41,651 nucleotides of DNA from positions 1 through 41,651 of the IMG/VR virus record IMGVR_UViG_3300017747_004268, one strand, 5' to 3'. Shown piece after piece: positions 1 to 8,748 of the stretch (position 1 is the stretch's first letter; the number at the start of each line of letters is the position of its first letter). The stretch comes from a virus. Taxonomy: Duplodnaviria; Caudoviricetes. The notes under the pieces are model-generated. The model was not told the origin of the DNA, made no database searches, and saw nothing but the letters and a program-made list of their open reading frames with translations. The translations under genes and the position numbers were made by a program.

Positions 1-123
1 ATATAGGGCAAATGTGTATATTTTGTTGCGAAGATTGCCCGAAACGTGAAACAGATAAGACAACAATGCTGTCCTATATCCGTCATAACTCCTGTCCTAT
101 ACAACTCTGTATAGACTGAACTG
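1..123. repeat. Terminal direct repeat, left copy (probably a circular-assembly overlap)
   Basis: 1-123 is identical to 41529-41651. Confidence 0.95.
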
Positions 124-576
124 GTCAGTTCAGTTTGCCCAAAAAACCCCAATGATTCCGCCACGAAATAATAGCCTATTGACACGCTAATTACCTCGGT
201 CACATCCTCGCGCGCGGCTCCTCCACTAGCCGATCGATCCACGCCATCCCGTGCAACACTACCAGCCGTCATCAAGCATCCGCTCAGGGCGCGCTGGCGC
301 TCACCGTGAATGAGCCATTGTATCGATCGACCATCCAGCAACCCGATACGCTCCACTCTCACCAGGGCGACCAGCAAACCCGTCTCCGCCCGATCCCGCC
401 GCGCCGCAAAGCCTCTCAGATACGCAAGCAATCGATCACATGAAAAGCCGATGAGGTTGCCACCTGACGCACACCGGCGATGACGATTTCCCAATCAGTG
501 AAGCCTTTCATTGTGCAGCGCAGCAAATCGGGCGAATTTTCCATAATACATGTTATGACATTTGGGTTTCGTGGTT

Positions 577-589
577 TATCAATGGCTTA
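577..589 (+). promoter_or_regulatory. Putative IHF binding site
   Basis: TATCAA-TGGC-TTA matches the IHF consensus WATCAA-N4-TTR; lies in the longest non-coding region, upstream of the packaging genes. Confidence 0.45.
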
Positions 590-758
590 GCTGTGATGGG
601 CTTGAACATGGATAGGCCGGCACAAGCTGTAGTGGGTGCCGTTGCGCAACCAGGCCGGTCCGAATGTTTTGCTCCTGGCAAAAGTCGATGGGTCTGAGTC
701 ACTGGGGTATGGGGCCCCCACTTTCCACCCCACCTAAAAGGTTTTTTCACCGAGGAGG

Positions 759-980
759 ATGGCGATGATTGGTTTTGGTTGGCGCGAAAAAGCGAAGGCG
801 GATGGCACCTATTTCAAAGGCGGCCGGGCGGCGTCGGCGGTATTTGCTGATGTGATGACGCGTCAGCGTTTGCGGCGGCGCGAGATCGGGCAATTGCGAG
901 CGGCGACGCGGATTTTGGGTTTGCCGCGCGGATCGTGGCGCGACGCGGTGGAGAGCGGAGAGGCGCAGCACCCCACCTAA
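759..980 (+). CDS. Hypothetical basic protein (73 aa)
   Basis: GAGGAGG immediately upstream; first ORF of the rightward block. Confidence 0.65.
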   Translation: MAMIGFGWREKAKADGTYFKGGRAASAVFADVMTRQRLRRREIGQLRAATRILGLPRGSWRDAVESGEAQHPT

Positions 981-1006
981 ATGAAATTTCATAGGGGTAG
1001 CGGATC

Positions 1007-1180
1007 ATGGAAGTGCTGATTTTGCTGTTCGGGATTGGCGTTGCGATTTGGGCGTTTCTGGCCTTGATCGGCGGGTCTGACCGGCGGGCTGGTGAGGGTG
1101 GGTCGGCGCCGGTGATTTGGGACAAGGGGCATTACGACGATTGCGGCGCGTCCGATGGCGGCTGCGATGGAGGGCAGTGA
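1007..1180 (+). CDS. Small membrane protein (57 aa; not in the ORF track)
   Basis: MEVLILLFGIGVAIWAFLALIGG... has an N-terminal TM helix; AGGGG upstream; fills the gap between neighbours. Confidence 0.6.
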   Translation: MEVLILLFGIGVAIWAFLALIGGSDRRAGEGGSAPVIWDKGHYDDCGASDGGCDGGQ

Positions 1181-1181
1181 G

Positions 1182-1394
1182 ATGGTTTTATTGGTTGAGT
1201 GTCCTTGGTGTTCGGGCCGGCATTCCGGGGTTTGCTCGCTGGTGAGCGCGATCGAGTATTTTGAGAGCGGCGGGGTAAAGCGGGTGGAGTTCCGTGAGAT
1301 CGCCCCGGCACTTACGCTGTCTGGAACGATGACCACGCCCATGGTAAATATCCCTGACGCGCCGGCGGGGGCGATGGGGAAATTCAATGTCTGA
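1182..1394 (+). CDS. Small Zn-binding hypothetical protein
   Basis: CPWC-x3-H-x3-C motif; GGAGGG upstream; overlaps the next ORF. Confidence 0.6.
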   Translation: MVLLVECPWCSGRHSGVCSLVSAIEYFESGGVKRVEFREIAPALTLSGTMTTPMVNIPDAPAGAMGKFNV

Positions 1395-1662
1395 GCCGAA
1401 GGAATATTCCGAAATGGCGGTGACCCATGGCGGGTTGCTGATGGGGGCGCGGGCGAGTGAGCGGGCGCGGGTGCCGCATAAGCCGCGGCTGTGCGCGGCG
1501 GTTGGTTGCGGCGATGAGGCGTTGATCGGGAAGGACTGGTGCGGGCGGCATTATGCGGCGTATTACCGGGCGCCGGACCCCGAGCGGGTCGACCGGCGGC
1601 ATGGGTTCACGCTGCGGGCGGCGAAGGCGTGGCGGCGGATCACTGGCAGGGGGGAGCGATGA
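1387..1662 (+). CDS. Hypothetical protein with a C-x3-C...C-x2-H motif
   Basis: CAAVGC...WCGRHY; overlaps neighbours. Confidence 0.6.
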   Translation: MSEPKEYSEMAVTHGGLLMGARASERARVPHKPRLCAAVGCGDEALIGKDWCGRHYAAYYRAPDPERVDRRHGFTLRAAKAWRRITGRGER

Positions 1663-1724
1663 AGAAATATTTGTATGGCGGGGCTTGTCCGAACTGCGGT
1701 CATGAGAACCGGCGGGCGGCGTGA
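1659..1724 (+). CDS. 21-aa Zn-ribbon micro-ORF (MKKYLYGGACPNCGHENRRAA)
   Basis: GGGGAG SD; ATGA overlap upstream and GTGA overlap with the MTase. Confidence 0.45.
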   Translation: MKKYLYGGACPNCGHENRRAA

Positions 1725-2665
1725 CCATCCGCATCCTGGTCGGAGACGTGCGCGAAAGGCTCAAGGAATTGCCTGATGAGTCGGTGCATTGCTGTGTCAC
1801 CAGCCCGCCCTACTTCGGGTTACGGGACTATGGGGTGGCCGGGCAGATCGGCTTGGAGACAACACCGGACGCCTACATTGCCGAACTGGTGGCGGTGTTT
1901 GCCGAGGTGCGCCGCGTTCTCCGCAAGGATGGGACGCTTTGGCTCAACCTCGGGGATTCTTACGCTGCCAACCGGGGCTATCAGGTGTCGCAGAGCAAGC
2001 ACCAAGCCCATGACTATGGCACTAGCAACGCTTCCAAGGTGCCAGATGGTTTTAAACAAAAAGACCTCCTGATGGTTCCCGCCCGAGTCGCTCTCGCTCT
2101 GCAAGCCGATGGCTGGTGGCTCCGTTCCGACATCATCTGGCACAAGCCCAACCCAATGCCGGAATCGGTGACGGATAGACCGACATCGGCCCATGAGCAC
2201 ATCTTCCTGCTGGCGAAGTCGCAAACCTACTATTTCGATGCGGATGCGGTGAAGGAGCCGGATGTTGCTGGGCACAAGAGCGGTAATGGCTACGCACGAG
2301 TGGATACCAAGAACGTCGGAGTGCGCTTGAGCTACGGCGGGCGCGGGCAAGAGGAGCAGTGGGAGCCGGGCGGTGGGCGCAACATCCGCAACGTCTGGAC
2401 CATTGCCACACAGCCCTATAGCGGCGCGCACTTCGCGACCTTCCCGCCAGCATTGATCGAGCCCTGCATCAAGGCGGGGTGCCCAATTGGTGGGACAGTC
2501 CTCGACCCATTTGGCGGGGCAGGGACTACCGGGCTGGTGGCTGACCGGCTTGGCCGTGACGCCATCCTGATCGAGTTAAACCCGGACTATGCCGAGATAG
2601 CCCGCAAGCGAATTTCGGGCGATGCGCCGCTGTTTGCGACGCCTATTGTAGCGGTCGCCCTCTGA
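1721..2665 (+). CDS. Site-specific DNA amino-methyltransferase, beta class (N6_N4_Mtase; probably N4-mC)
   Basis: N-terminal catalytic VTSPPY, IIWHKPNPMPES, HFATFP, and C-terminal SAM-binding VLDPFGGAGTT. Confidence 0.93.
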   Translation: MTIRILVGDVRERLKELPDESVHCCVTSPPYFGLRDYGVAGQIGLETTPDAYIAELVAVFAEVRRVLRKDGTLWLNLGDSYAANRGYQVSQSKHQAHDYGTSNASKVPDGFKQKDLLMVPARVALALQADGWWLRSDIIWHKPNPMPESVTDRPTSAHEHIFLLAKSQTYYFDADAVKEPDVAGHKSGNGYARVDTKNVGVRLSYGGRGQEEQWEPGGGRNIRNVWTIATQPYSGAHFATFPPALIEPCIKAGCPIGGTVLDPFGGAGTTGLVADRLGRDAILIELNPDYAEIARKRISGDAPLFATPIVAVAL

Positions 2666-4437
2666 TGGCCTCGCCGTTCGGCAAGAAGTTCCTCGGGTTT
2701 TGCAACGCGCTCCGCATCGAGAGCAAGGAGCAGGGGCTGGTGCCGCTGCGCATGTTGGGCACCCAGCGGTATCTGGTCGAGCGGATCGCCGCGGCGTGGG
2801 AGCGCGACGTGCATCACTTCGTGGTGTTGAAGGGCCGCCAGCAGGGCATCACCACGATTTTCCTGGCGCTCGATATTTTCTGGCCGATGGCCAACCCGGG
2901 CCTGCACGGCTCGGTGATTTCCCATACCGAGGAAATGCGCGACGATGCCAAAGCGACGATCACGAACTATCTCAAAGGCCTGCCTCCGGCCTGGCGCCTT
3001 CCCATTCGACAGCACAACCGGAACCAACTGGTTTTTGCCAACCGAAGTCGCCTGTCTTATCAGATTGCCGGCACGCGAAAAAAGGGTGGCCTCGGGCGCG
3101 GCAAAGGCCTCGCCTATCTGCACGCCACAGAGTGTTCGTCGTGGGCCGACCAAGACGGGCTCGCCTCGCTCTCGGCCTCGCTCGCCCAAATGAACCCGCT
3201 GCGCCTGTTCGGGTTCGAGAGCACGGCGCGGGGCTTCAACGAATTCAACGCTATGTGGGAACAGGCCAAGGGCGCTCACACGCAAGAGGCCATCTTCATC
3301 GGCTGGTGGCGCGACGAGCGCAACCGGGTGGCGCGCGGGAGCCGGGTCCACGACGTCTATTGGGACGGGCTGATCACCGGCGAGGAACGCGAATGGGTGA
3401 GCGAGGTCAAGACCGTCTACGGCTACGACATCGACGACGAGCAACTCGCCTGGTGGCGCTTGCAGGCGGCCGAGAACTACGCCGATTTACGCCTGCTGTA
3501 TCAGGAGTTTCCGCCGACCGAGAACTATGCCTTCATCATGACCGGGGCGCGCTGGTTCCCGCTCGATACCTTGAACAAGCTGCGGCGCCTGGCGGTGGGG
3601 TCTTCCTTCGAATCGCACCGCTACCTGATCGGATCGAGCGCGTCGGACTGCGCCATCCACAAGACCACCCCGGAAAACGCCGAATTGAAGATCTTTCGGC
3701 CTTACGAGCCGGGTGGGGTCTATGCCATCGGCGCCGACCCGGCCTATGGCAGCAACGATTGGAAGGACGCCTATTGCCTGCAGGTGCTGCGCTGCTATGC
3801 CGATGGTGTCGAACAGGTCGCCGAATACCGTTCGACCGACTGCAAGACCTACGGCTTCGCCTGGATCATCTGCCATCTGGCGGGCTATTACCGCGGCGCG
3901 ACGCTGTGCCTGGAAATCACCGGGCCGGGCCAGAGCGTCATGCAGGAGATCACCAGGCTGCAGAATTCCGGCGAGGTGCGCACCAATTCCCAGGGCGAGG
4001 TTTCGATCTTCCAGTTCGCCGCCAATGTGCAGCATTACCTCTACCGGCGCCCCGATTCGATGGGCGGCATGAGCGCCTACCACTGGCAAAGCACGCAGAA
4101 CACCAAGCTGCGCATGATGAGCGACATGCGCGATATCCTGGCGCGCGACATGGCGGATATCCATTCGGTCGAGCTGATCGAGGAGTGCAACAAGGTCGAG
4201 ATCGAGGACGGATCGATCGGGGCGCCCGGCCGCGAGAAGGATGATCGGGTGATCGCCTTCGGATTGGCCTTGCGCGCCTGGCTCGATATGCTGCATCCTC
4301 AGTTGTCGGCCAATATGATCACCAAGAAGCGCATCACGCTGGAGCGCCAATCGCAGGGTGCCTCGCGCAACGCGGTGACCGAGGGCGTGCAGATGTTCTT
4401 GAAACACCGCGTCGGGATAGACCCGGCGCTGCATTGA
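2665..4437 (+). CDS. terL: Terminase large subunit
   Basis: Walker A-like LKGRQQGITT, Walker B-like LHATE, coupling motif ESTARG, RNase H-like IGADPAYG ... DDRVIA; 590 aa, upstream of portal. Confidence 0.92.
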   Translation: MASPFGKKFLGFCNALRIESKEQGLVPLRMLGTQRYLVERIAAAWERDVHHFVVLKGRQQGITTIFLALDIFWPMANPGLHGSVISHTEEMRDDAKATITNYLKGLPPAWRLPIRQHNRNQLVFANRSRLSYQIAGTRKKGGLGRGKGLAYLHATECSSWADQDGLASLSASLAQMNPLRLFGFESTARGFNEFNAMWEQAKGAHTQEAIFIGWWRDERNRVARGSRVHDVYWDGLITGEEREWVSEVKTVYGYDIDDEQLAWWRLQAAENYADLRLLYQEFPPTENYAFIMTGARWFPLDTLNKLRRLAVGSSFESHRYLIGSSASDCAIHKTTPENAELKIFRPYEPGGVYAIGADPAYGSNDWKDAYCLQVLRCYADGVEQVAEYRSTDCKTYGFAWIICHLAGYYRGATLCLEITGPGQSVMQEITRLQNSGEVRTNSQGEVSIFQFAANVQHYLYRRPDSMGGMSAYHWQSTQNTKLRMMSDMRDILARDMADIHSVELIEECNKVEIEDGSIGAPGREKDDRVIAFGLALRAWLDMLHPQLSANMITKKRITLERQSQGASRNAVTEGVQMFLKHRVGIDPALH

Positions 4438-4448
4438 GGAGGGGCGGC

Positions 4449-4682
4449 ATGATCATGTGGCACATCACCATCGGCTACGCCGGCAACGCGATTTCCTTCG
4501 ATTCGCCGGGTGCGGGCCTGGCGCTGATCCGCAAGGCGATCGACGAGGGCGCCGCCATCAGCGTCGAGAGCGGCGACAAGATCATCATCATCAAGGCTTC
4601 GGCCTTCGAATCCCTGGTGGCCCAGAAGCACCCCGAGGAAACGCCGGCGCGCGGCGCCAATCTCTCGGTGGTCGAGGACTGA
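4449..4682 (+). CDS. Hypothetical protein
   Basis: GAGGAGG SD; GC3-rich codons. Confidence 0.65.
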   Translation: MIMWHITIGYAGNAISFDSPGAGLALIRKAIDEGAAISVESGDKIIIIKASAFESLVAQKHPEETPARGANLSVVED

Positions 4683-4684
4683 AA

Positions 4685-5242
4685 ATGTCCGATCTGGGCG
4701 ACAACCGGCCGGCGCCGATGGCCACCGCGCTGATCGCCTCGCGCCTCAACCGCCTGGTCTACGGGCCGCAACGCTCGCCGATCATCGAAATCGCCCGCCT
4801 GATCGACTGCGATATCCAGACCGCCGAGCTGGCCATGCGCGGCATCATGACGCGGGCCACGCAATTTCGCTATTCGCGGGTGCTGTCGGGTAAGGTGGTG
4901 GCGCGCGCCTTGCCGGCGCACCGCGACATCAACGCCACCGGCGTGCGCGAGAGCCTGCTGCGCAAGATCGACGCCCAGAACCGGCTGATCTACGCCCTGT
5001 TCAAGAAACACGACCGCGGCAAGAACCTGCGCACCATCATGACCTGGCCCAAGCGCCAATTGCTGGCGCTCTACATCGAAAACGAGGTGCGCGCCAAACG
5101 CTACTGGTTGGCCGAGCGCCCGACCAACAAATCGCTCAAGTATTTCTGCTTCGACTTTTTTCCGCTGTATAAATGGCGCGAGGATCTGCAAATCAGCCAG
5201 TTCCTCAAATTGGGGCGCATGGTGCGAGGTAAAAATGAATAA
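4685..5242 (+). CDS. Hypothetical basic protein
   Basis: GAGGA SD; phage-typical codon usage; its 3' end is duplicated downstream. Confidence 0.7.
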   Translation: MSDLGDNRPAPMATALIASRLNRLVYGPQRSPIIEIARLIDCDIQTAELAMRGIMTRATQFRYSRVLSGKVVARALPAHRDINATGVRESLLRKIDAQNRLIYALFKKHDRGKNLRTIMTWPKRQLLALYIENEVRAKRYWLAERPTNKSLKYFCFDFFPLYKWREDLQISQFLKLGRMVRGKNE

Positions 5243-5248
5243 GCTGTG
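5175..5248 (+). repeat. Imperfect 74-nt direct repeat, copy 1 (copy 2 at 5514-5587)
   Basis: Encodes LQISQFLKLGRMVRGKNE* versus LQIIQFLKLGRMVRGKNE*; 339-nt offset. Confidence 0.9.
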
Positions 5249-5490
5249 CGGTGTCGCCATGACGGCGGCGGTCGCCAAACGAAATCCACGAGGGGCCTTT
5301 GCCGGCGTGAGCCGGTGCAGAAGGCATGATGGGCTCGGGGCCAAGCTGCGGTGGGCTCCCGCGTCACAAGCAGGTGTCGGAGATCCGGTCAGGCCCGGTC
5401 ACGCCCTGCGGGAAGACAATCCGCCACCGCCTGCGGCCCCATTACAGCGGCTGAGCGGCGAGGCGTGGGGCAACCCGCGTCTCGCCGTGG
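5248..5490 (+). ncRNA. Candidate structured RNA of unknown family
   Basis: Consecutive stems at 5248-5276, 5295-5325 (GUGA loop), 5337-5440 (long rod) and 5455-5488 (15 bp, GCAA loop), with several G-U pairs on the + strand. Confidence 0.45.
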
Positions 5491-5513
5491 CTTTCATCCA
5501 TTCCAGAGCTTCG

Positions 5514-5587
5514 GGCGCGAGCAGTTGCAGATCATCCAATTCCTCAAGCTCGGCCGCATGGTGCGAGGGAAAAATGAATAAGCTGTG
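5514..5587 (+). repeat. Imperfect 74-nt direct repeat, copy 2
   Basis: Matches 5175-5248. Confidence 0.9.
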
Positions 5588-5675
5588 GAACCGCCGCCGA
5601 GCTTTCGCCCTGACATTGCTCGGCAGCATGGTGCTGTGGGGCGTCATCGGTCTTCTCATCTTCGTCCTGGTCTGA
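5574..5675 (+). CDS. Small single-TM membrane protein (MNKLWNRRRAFALTLL...)
   Basis: GAGGG SD; basic N-terminus then a hydrophobic helix. Confidence 0.55.
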   Translation: MNKLWNRRRAFALTLLGSMVLWGVIGLLIFVLV

Positions 5676-5676
5676 C

Positions 5677-6087
5677 ATGCGCACCCCGGGACGCGAAAAA
5701 CTGCGCGCCGAGAATTACGTCAAATCCTGGCAGCGCGGCGCCTTCACCTACAAAATCCCCGTCGCCATCGGCGGCGTGATCTGGCGCTTCGACAAGAGGA
5801 CCGGCGCCGCCTCGCTCTACGCCAAGACCGCCATTGTGCATTGCCGCTGGTATCGTGATACCATTCCGCCCCATGTGATGATCGGCGACCGCGTCGTGGT
5901 GGTCGGCGACCTGATGACCACCTGTTGCGGCGATCATATGCAGTTGCTCAATTGCGTCGCTTTCGCCAAGGGCCAATCCTGGGCCGCCTATCGCAAGGCG
6001 CTGCTCGAGCTGATCGGCGAGAATGTCGTGCCGGTGAGCGATTACGTGCCCGAGCAGACCGAGGATGAAATCTATGGCATGGCATGA
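5677..6087 (+). CDS. Hypothetical protein
   Basis: Tight packing; GC3-rich codons. Confidence 0.7.
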   Translation: MRTPGREKLRAENYVKSWQRGAFTYKIPVAIGGVIWRFDKRTGAASLYAKTAIVHCRWYRDTIPPHVMIGDRVVVVGDLMTTCCGDHMQLLNCVAFAKGQSWAAYRKALLELIGENVVPVSDYVPEQTEDEIYGMA

Positions 6088-6598
6088 TTATCAATGTCCC
6101 TCCTGCGGCCCGGTGACCAACGACCGGCGCGAATGCCCCAATTGCGGGCTGGGCTTCACGCCGGCCAATATCCTGTGGCTGTCCTCGGCCGCGATCGGCA
6201 AGAAGGCCCCCGACGACCGGCTCAAACAGCAGCTCAATACATCTTCCCTGGTCAAGCGCACCGACGCCGTGCTCGGCCAGGTGCTCGGCGAGTTCGGGCG
6301 CACCGATGTGCCCAAACGGGTGGAGCAGGATTTGCGGCCGACCTGGGGCAACCAGGCGAGCCAGATGATCGATCCGGCGATCAAGCCGACCGGCGACGCC
6401 CTGAAAGACCTGGCGACCTTGCAGCAGCGGGGCATCCTCGGCGCCACCAGCGGCCAGCAGGCCGACCCCACCGGCAAGAACCGCCCGGTCGAGGCGGGTG
6501 CCGCCTCCTTGCTTGAAAACCGCGTCTTCGCGCCGGTGCGGCCCTCCCAGATGATCGCCGCCACCAAGGATGACATGCGCGCGAGGGACAAGCCGTGA
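6074..6598 (+). CDS. Zn-ribbon (FmdB-like) protein
   Basis: HDYQCPSC...ECPNCG at the N-terminus; such ORFs commonly sit between TerL and portal. Confidence 0.65.
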   Translation: MAWHDYQCPSCGPVTNDRRECPNCGLGFTPANILWLSSAAIGKKAPDDRLKQQLNTSSLVKRTDAVLGQVLGEFGRTDVPKRVEQDLRPTWGNQASQMIDPAIKPTGDALKDLATLQQRGILGATSGQQADPTGKNRPVEAGAASLLENRVFAPVRPSQMIAATKDDMRARDKP

Positions 6599-7083
6599 CG
6601 CTGGGAAGTCACCAAAAGACCATCGGCGATTCACAAAGCTGGATCACACCAAAATGGATGATAGACGCGCTCGGTCCATTCGATCTCGACCCCTGCGCAT
6701 CCGATCCGCAACCCTGGCCATGCGCCGCGGAAAACTTGTCGAGCGGGGGGCTTGAGGCCATATGGCACGGTCGCGTTTGGCTCAACCCTCCGTTTCACCG
6801 CTATGACGTGGGACGCTGGCTGCGCCGCATGGCCCTGCACCAAAGCGGCATTGCTCTCGTCCATGCGCGCACCGAAGCGGAATGGTTCGAGCCGATTTGG
6901 GATACCGCGCAGGGGATGTTATTTTTAGCTGACCGCGTGCATTTCCATTACCCGGATGGGCATCGGGCCAGCGCAAATAGCGGCGCGCCCGTCGTGTTGG
7001 CGGCTTTCAGCACCTACGATCTTGAAAGACTCAAGACATCTGGCATTGCCGGTTATGTTGTTACGGATTGGCTGGTAAATTAA
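6595..7083 (+). CDS. Phage N6-adenine DNA methyltransferase (small phage Dam-like family)
   Basis: WITP...FDLDPCA...VWLNPPF...ARTE.EWF motifs. Confidence 0.88.
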   Translation: MTLGSHQKTIGDSQSWITPKWMIDALGPFDLDPCASDPQPWPCAAENLSSGGLEAIWHGRVWLNPPFHRYDVGRWLRRMALHQSGIALVHARTEAEWFEPIWDTAQGMLFLADRVHFHYPDGHRASANSGAPVVLAAFSTYDLERLKTSGIAGYVVTDWLVN

Positions 7084-8748
7084 ATGAAAATCCCCAAGGA
7101 AGCCGCCCAGCGCCAGGATTTTTTTGCCGATATCGAGCGCCGCTGCGAGGCCACCCGGGCGACGCGCCGCTCGGTCTATGCCTCGCTCAAATCCTATTAT
7201 TATTACGGCGCCGACGGCGGCTCGCGCGCGCTCGATAATAAAATCTGGTCCCATGTCGAATTGCTGACCAGCTTCACCTATGCCCAGGAATCGACCCGCT
7301 TTTCGGTCGATCTCACCGCCGAAGCCGACCCCAAGGAAGTGGGGCGGCTCAATGCGGTGTCGAAATGGTTGAACGATCAGTGGTATTCGACCAACGCCGA
7401 CGAAACCGCCATGCAGGCTTCGCTGTGGTCTTACGTGCATGGCACGGAATTCATCAAGCTGATCGCGCGGCCCGAAGGCAACATGGATTGCTACCTGCTC
7501 GACCCCGACAATATCGGCGTGCTCAACGAAAACTTGACCTCGGCCGACCGCCAGGAGGCGATCTGCCATTGGTATACCGTGGGCAACGCGGAATTCGAGC
7601 GGCTGATCGCCCCCCATCCCAACCGTCAAGCGATTCTCGACGCCATCCAGCCGACCACGGCGGAACGCTCCGAACAGGAACCGCCGCAACTCATCCAGAA
7701 CATCGTGCTGTCTCAGACCACGCCCAATCTGATCGGCCATGCCAACCTGCCCCAGACCATCGTCGATTACACGCCCAACATTGCCGAGGACGTGGTCAAG
7801 ATGTGCGAAATGTGGATTTGGGACGACGCTCTCGGCGAGCCACGCGACCCGGAAAAGCCCGATGGGCCGAAGGACGGCGATTACCGCATCGTGACCATCG
7901 CCGAGCCCGGCGTGACGATCTTCGACCGCAAGAATTTTTTCGTGCCCGACGAACACCCCTTCGTCAAGTTCACGCCGCTGCCGCTGCACAGCTATTTCTG
8001 GGGGTTCGCCGAGGTCGGGCTGCTGCTCGGCCTGCAGGATCTGCGCGAAAAACGCTTCGGCCAGATCAGCGATCTGTGGGATCGCCAGCTCAAGCCGCCC
8101 AAGGCGCTGTCGGGCTTTTCCGGCATCACCGACGAGAAGCTGCAAGCCCTGATGCAGGCCGGCGGCATGATCTCGACCTCGTTCCCCGGCGCCAAGGTCG
8201 ATGAGTTCAAGCCCGACATGCCCGACGAGACCTTCGCCGAACTGAATCAAATCGATCAAATGTTCGCCGAGATCGGCGGCATGGGCAACGTGCTGCAGGG
8301 CCGCGGCGAAGCCGGCGTGCGCTCGCGCGGTCATGCCGCCGTGCTGGCGCAACTGTCGTCGTCGCGCATCAAGAAACGGGCGCTGGCCATCGAGCGCGGC
8401 CTCGACAAGCTGGCCTTCCTGATGTTGGCGCTCGGCCGGGCCAAATCGACCGCCACCCTGATCGACGACAAGGGCCAGCCGTTCAAGCTCGGTCAGTTCA
8501 CCGACAAGGTAAAAGTCCGCGTCGATGCCCATTCCTCCTCGCCGATCTTCATCGACAACCAGAAGGAGGAGGCTTGGGAGTTGTTCAAGGCGCGCGCCAT
8601 CGACCGCGCCACCCTGATCGAATCGATCCACCCGCCGCGCGAACAAATTCTGCTGCAACGCCTCAAGGCCATCGAGAAGGCCGAAGCCGCCGCCGCCGAG
8701 GCCGAGAAGCAGGCGGAACTGCAAAAACAATCGCTGAAATCCAAATGA
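7084..8748 (+). CDS. Portal protein
   Basis: 554 aa, helical, between TerL and the capsid block; HPFV...YFWG...L..LQ pattern typical of P22/T7-like portals. Confidence 0.8.
   Translation: MKIPKEAAQRQDFFADIERRCEATRATRRSVYASLKSYYYYGADGGSRALDNKIWSHVELLTSFTYAQESTRFSVDLTAEADPKEVGRLNAVSKWLNDQWYSTNADETAMQASLWSYVHGTEFIKLIARPEGNMDCYLLDPDNIGVLNENLTSADRQEAICHWYTVGNAEFERLIAPHPNRQAILDAIQPTTAERSEQEPPQLIQNIVLSQTTPNLIGHANLPQTIVDYTPNIAEDVVKMCEMWIWDDALGEPRDPEKPDGPKDGDYRIVTIAEPGVTIFDRKNFFVPDEHPFVKFTPLPLHSYFWGFAEVGLLLGLQDLREKRFGQISDLWDRQLKPPKALSGFSGITDEKLQALMQAGGMISTSFPGAKVDEFKPDMPDETFAELNQIDQMFAEIGGMGNVLQGRGEAGVRSRGHAAVLAQLSSSRIKKRALAIERGLDKLAFLMLALGRAKSTATLIDDKGQPFKLGQFTDKVKVRVDAHSSSPIFIDNQKEEAWELFKARAIDRATLIESIHPPREQILLQRLKAIEKAEAAAAEAEKQAELQKQSLKSK

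Noticed and set aside
1-123. Biological terminal repeat (T7-like DTR)
   Set aside because: Cannot be told apart from an assembler overlap without reads; it ends in the middle of a palindrome
5337-5440. tmRNA, tRNA or SRP RNA (starts GGGGCC)
   Set aside because: No T-arm or CCA end, no tag reading frame, no SRP domain IV consensus; kept only as an unknown structured RNA
5246-5500. Group II intron (GTGCG at 5246; GAGCCGG...GGCTC resembles domain V)
   Set aside because: Far too short; the DV-like stem is near the 5' end rather than the 3' end; no catalytic bulge, DVI or maturase
5175-5587. Diversity-generating retroelement TR/VR pair
   Set aside because: Differences are not adenine-specific, are mostly synonymous, and no reverse transcriptase is encoded
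5235-5675. 146-aa ORF as a single real protein
   Set aside because: It reads through the structured insert with non-protein-like composition; only the last 33 codons look genuine. Read-through is not formally excluded
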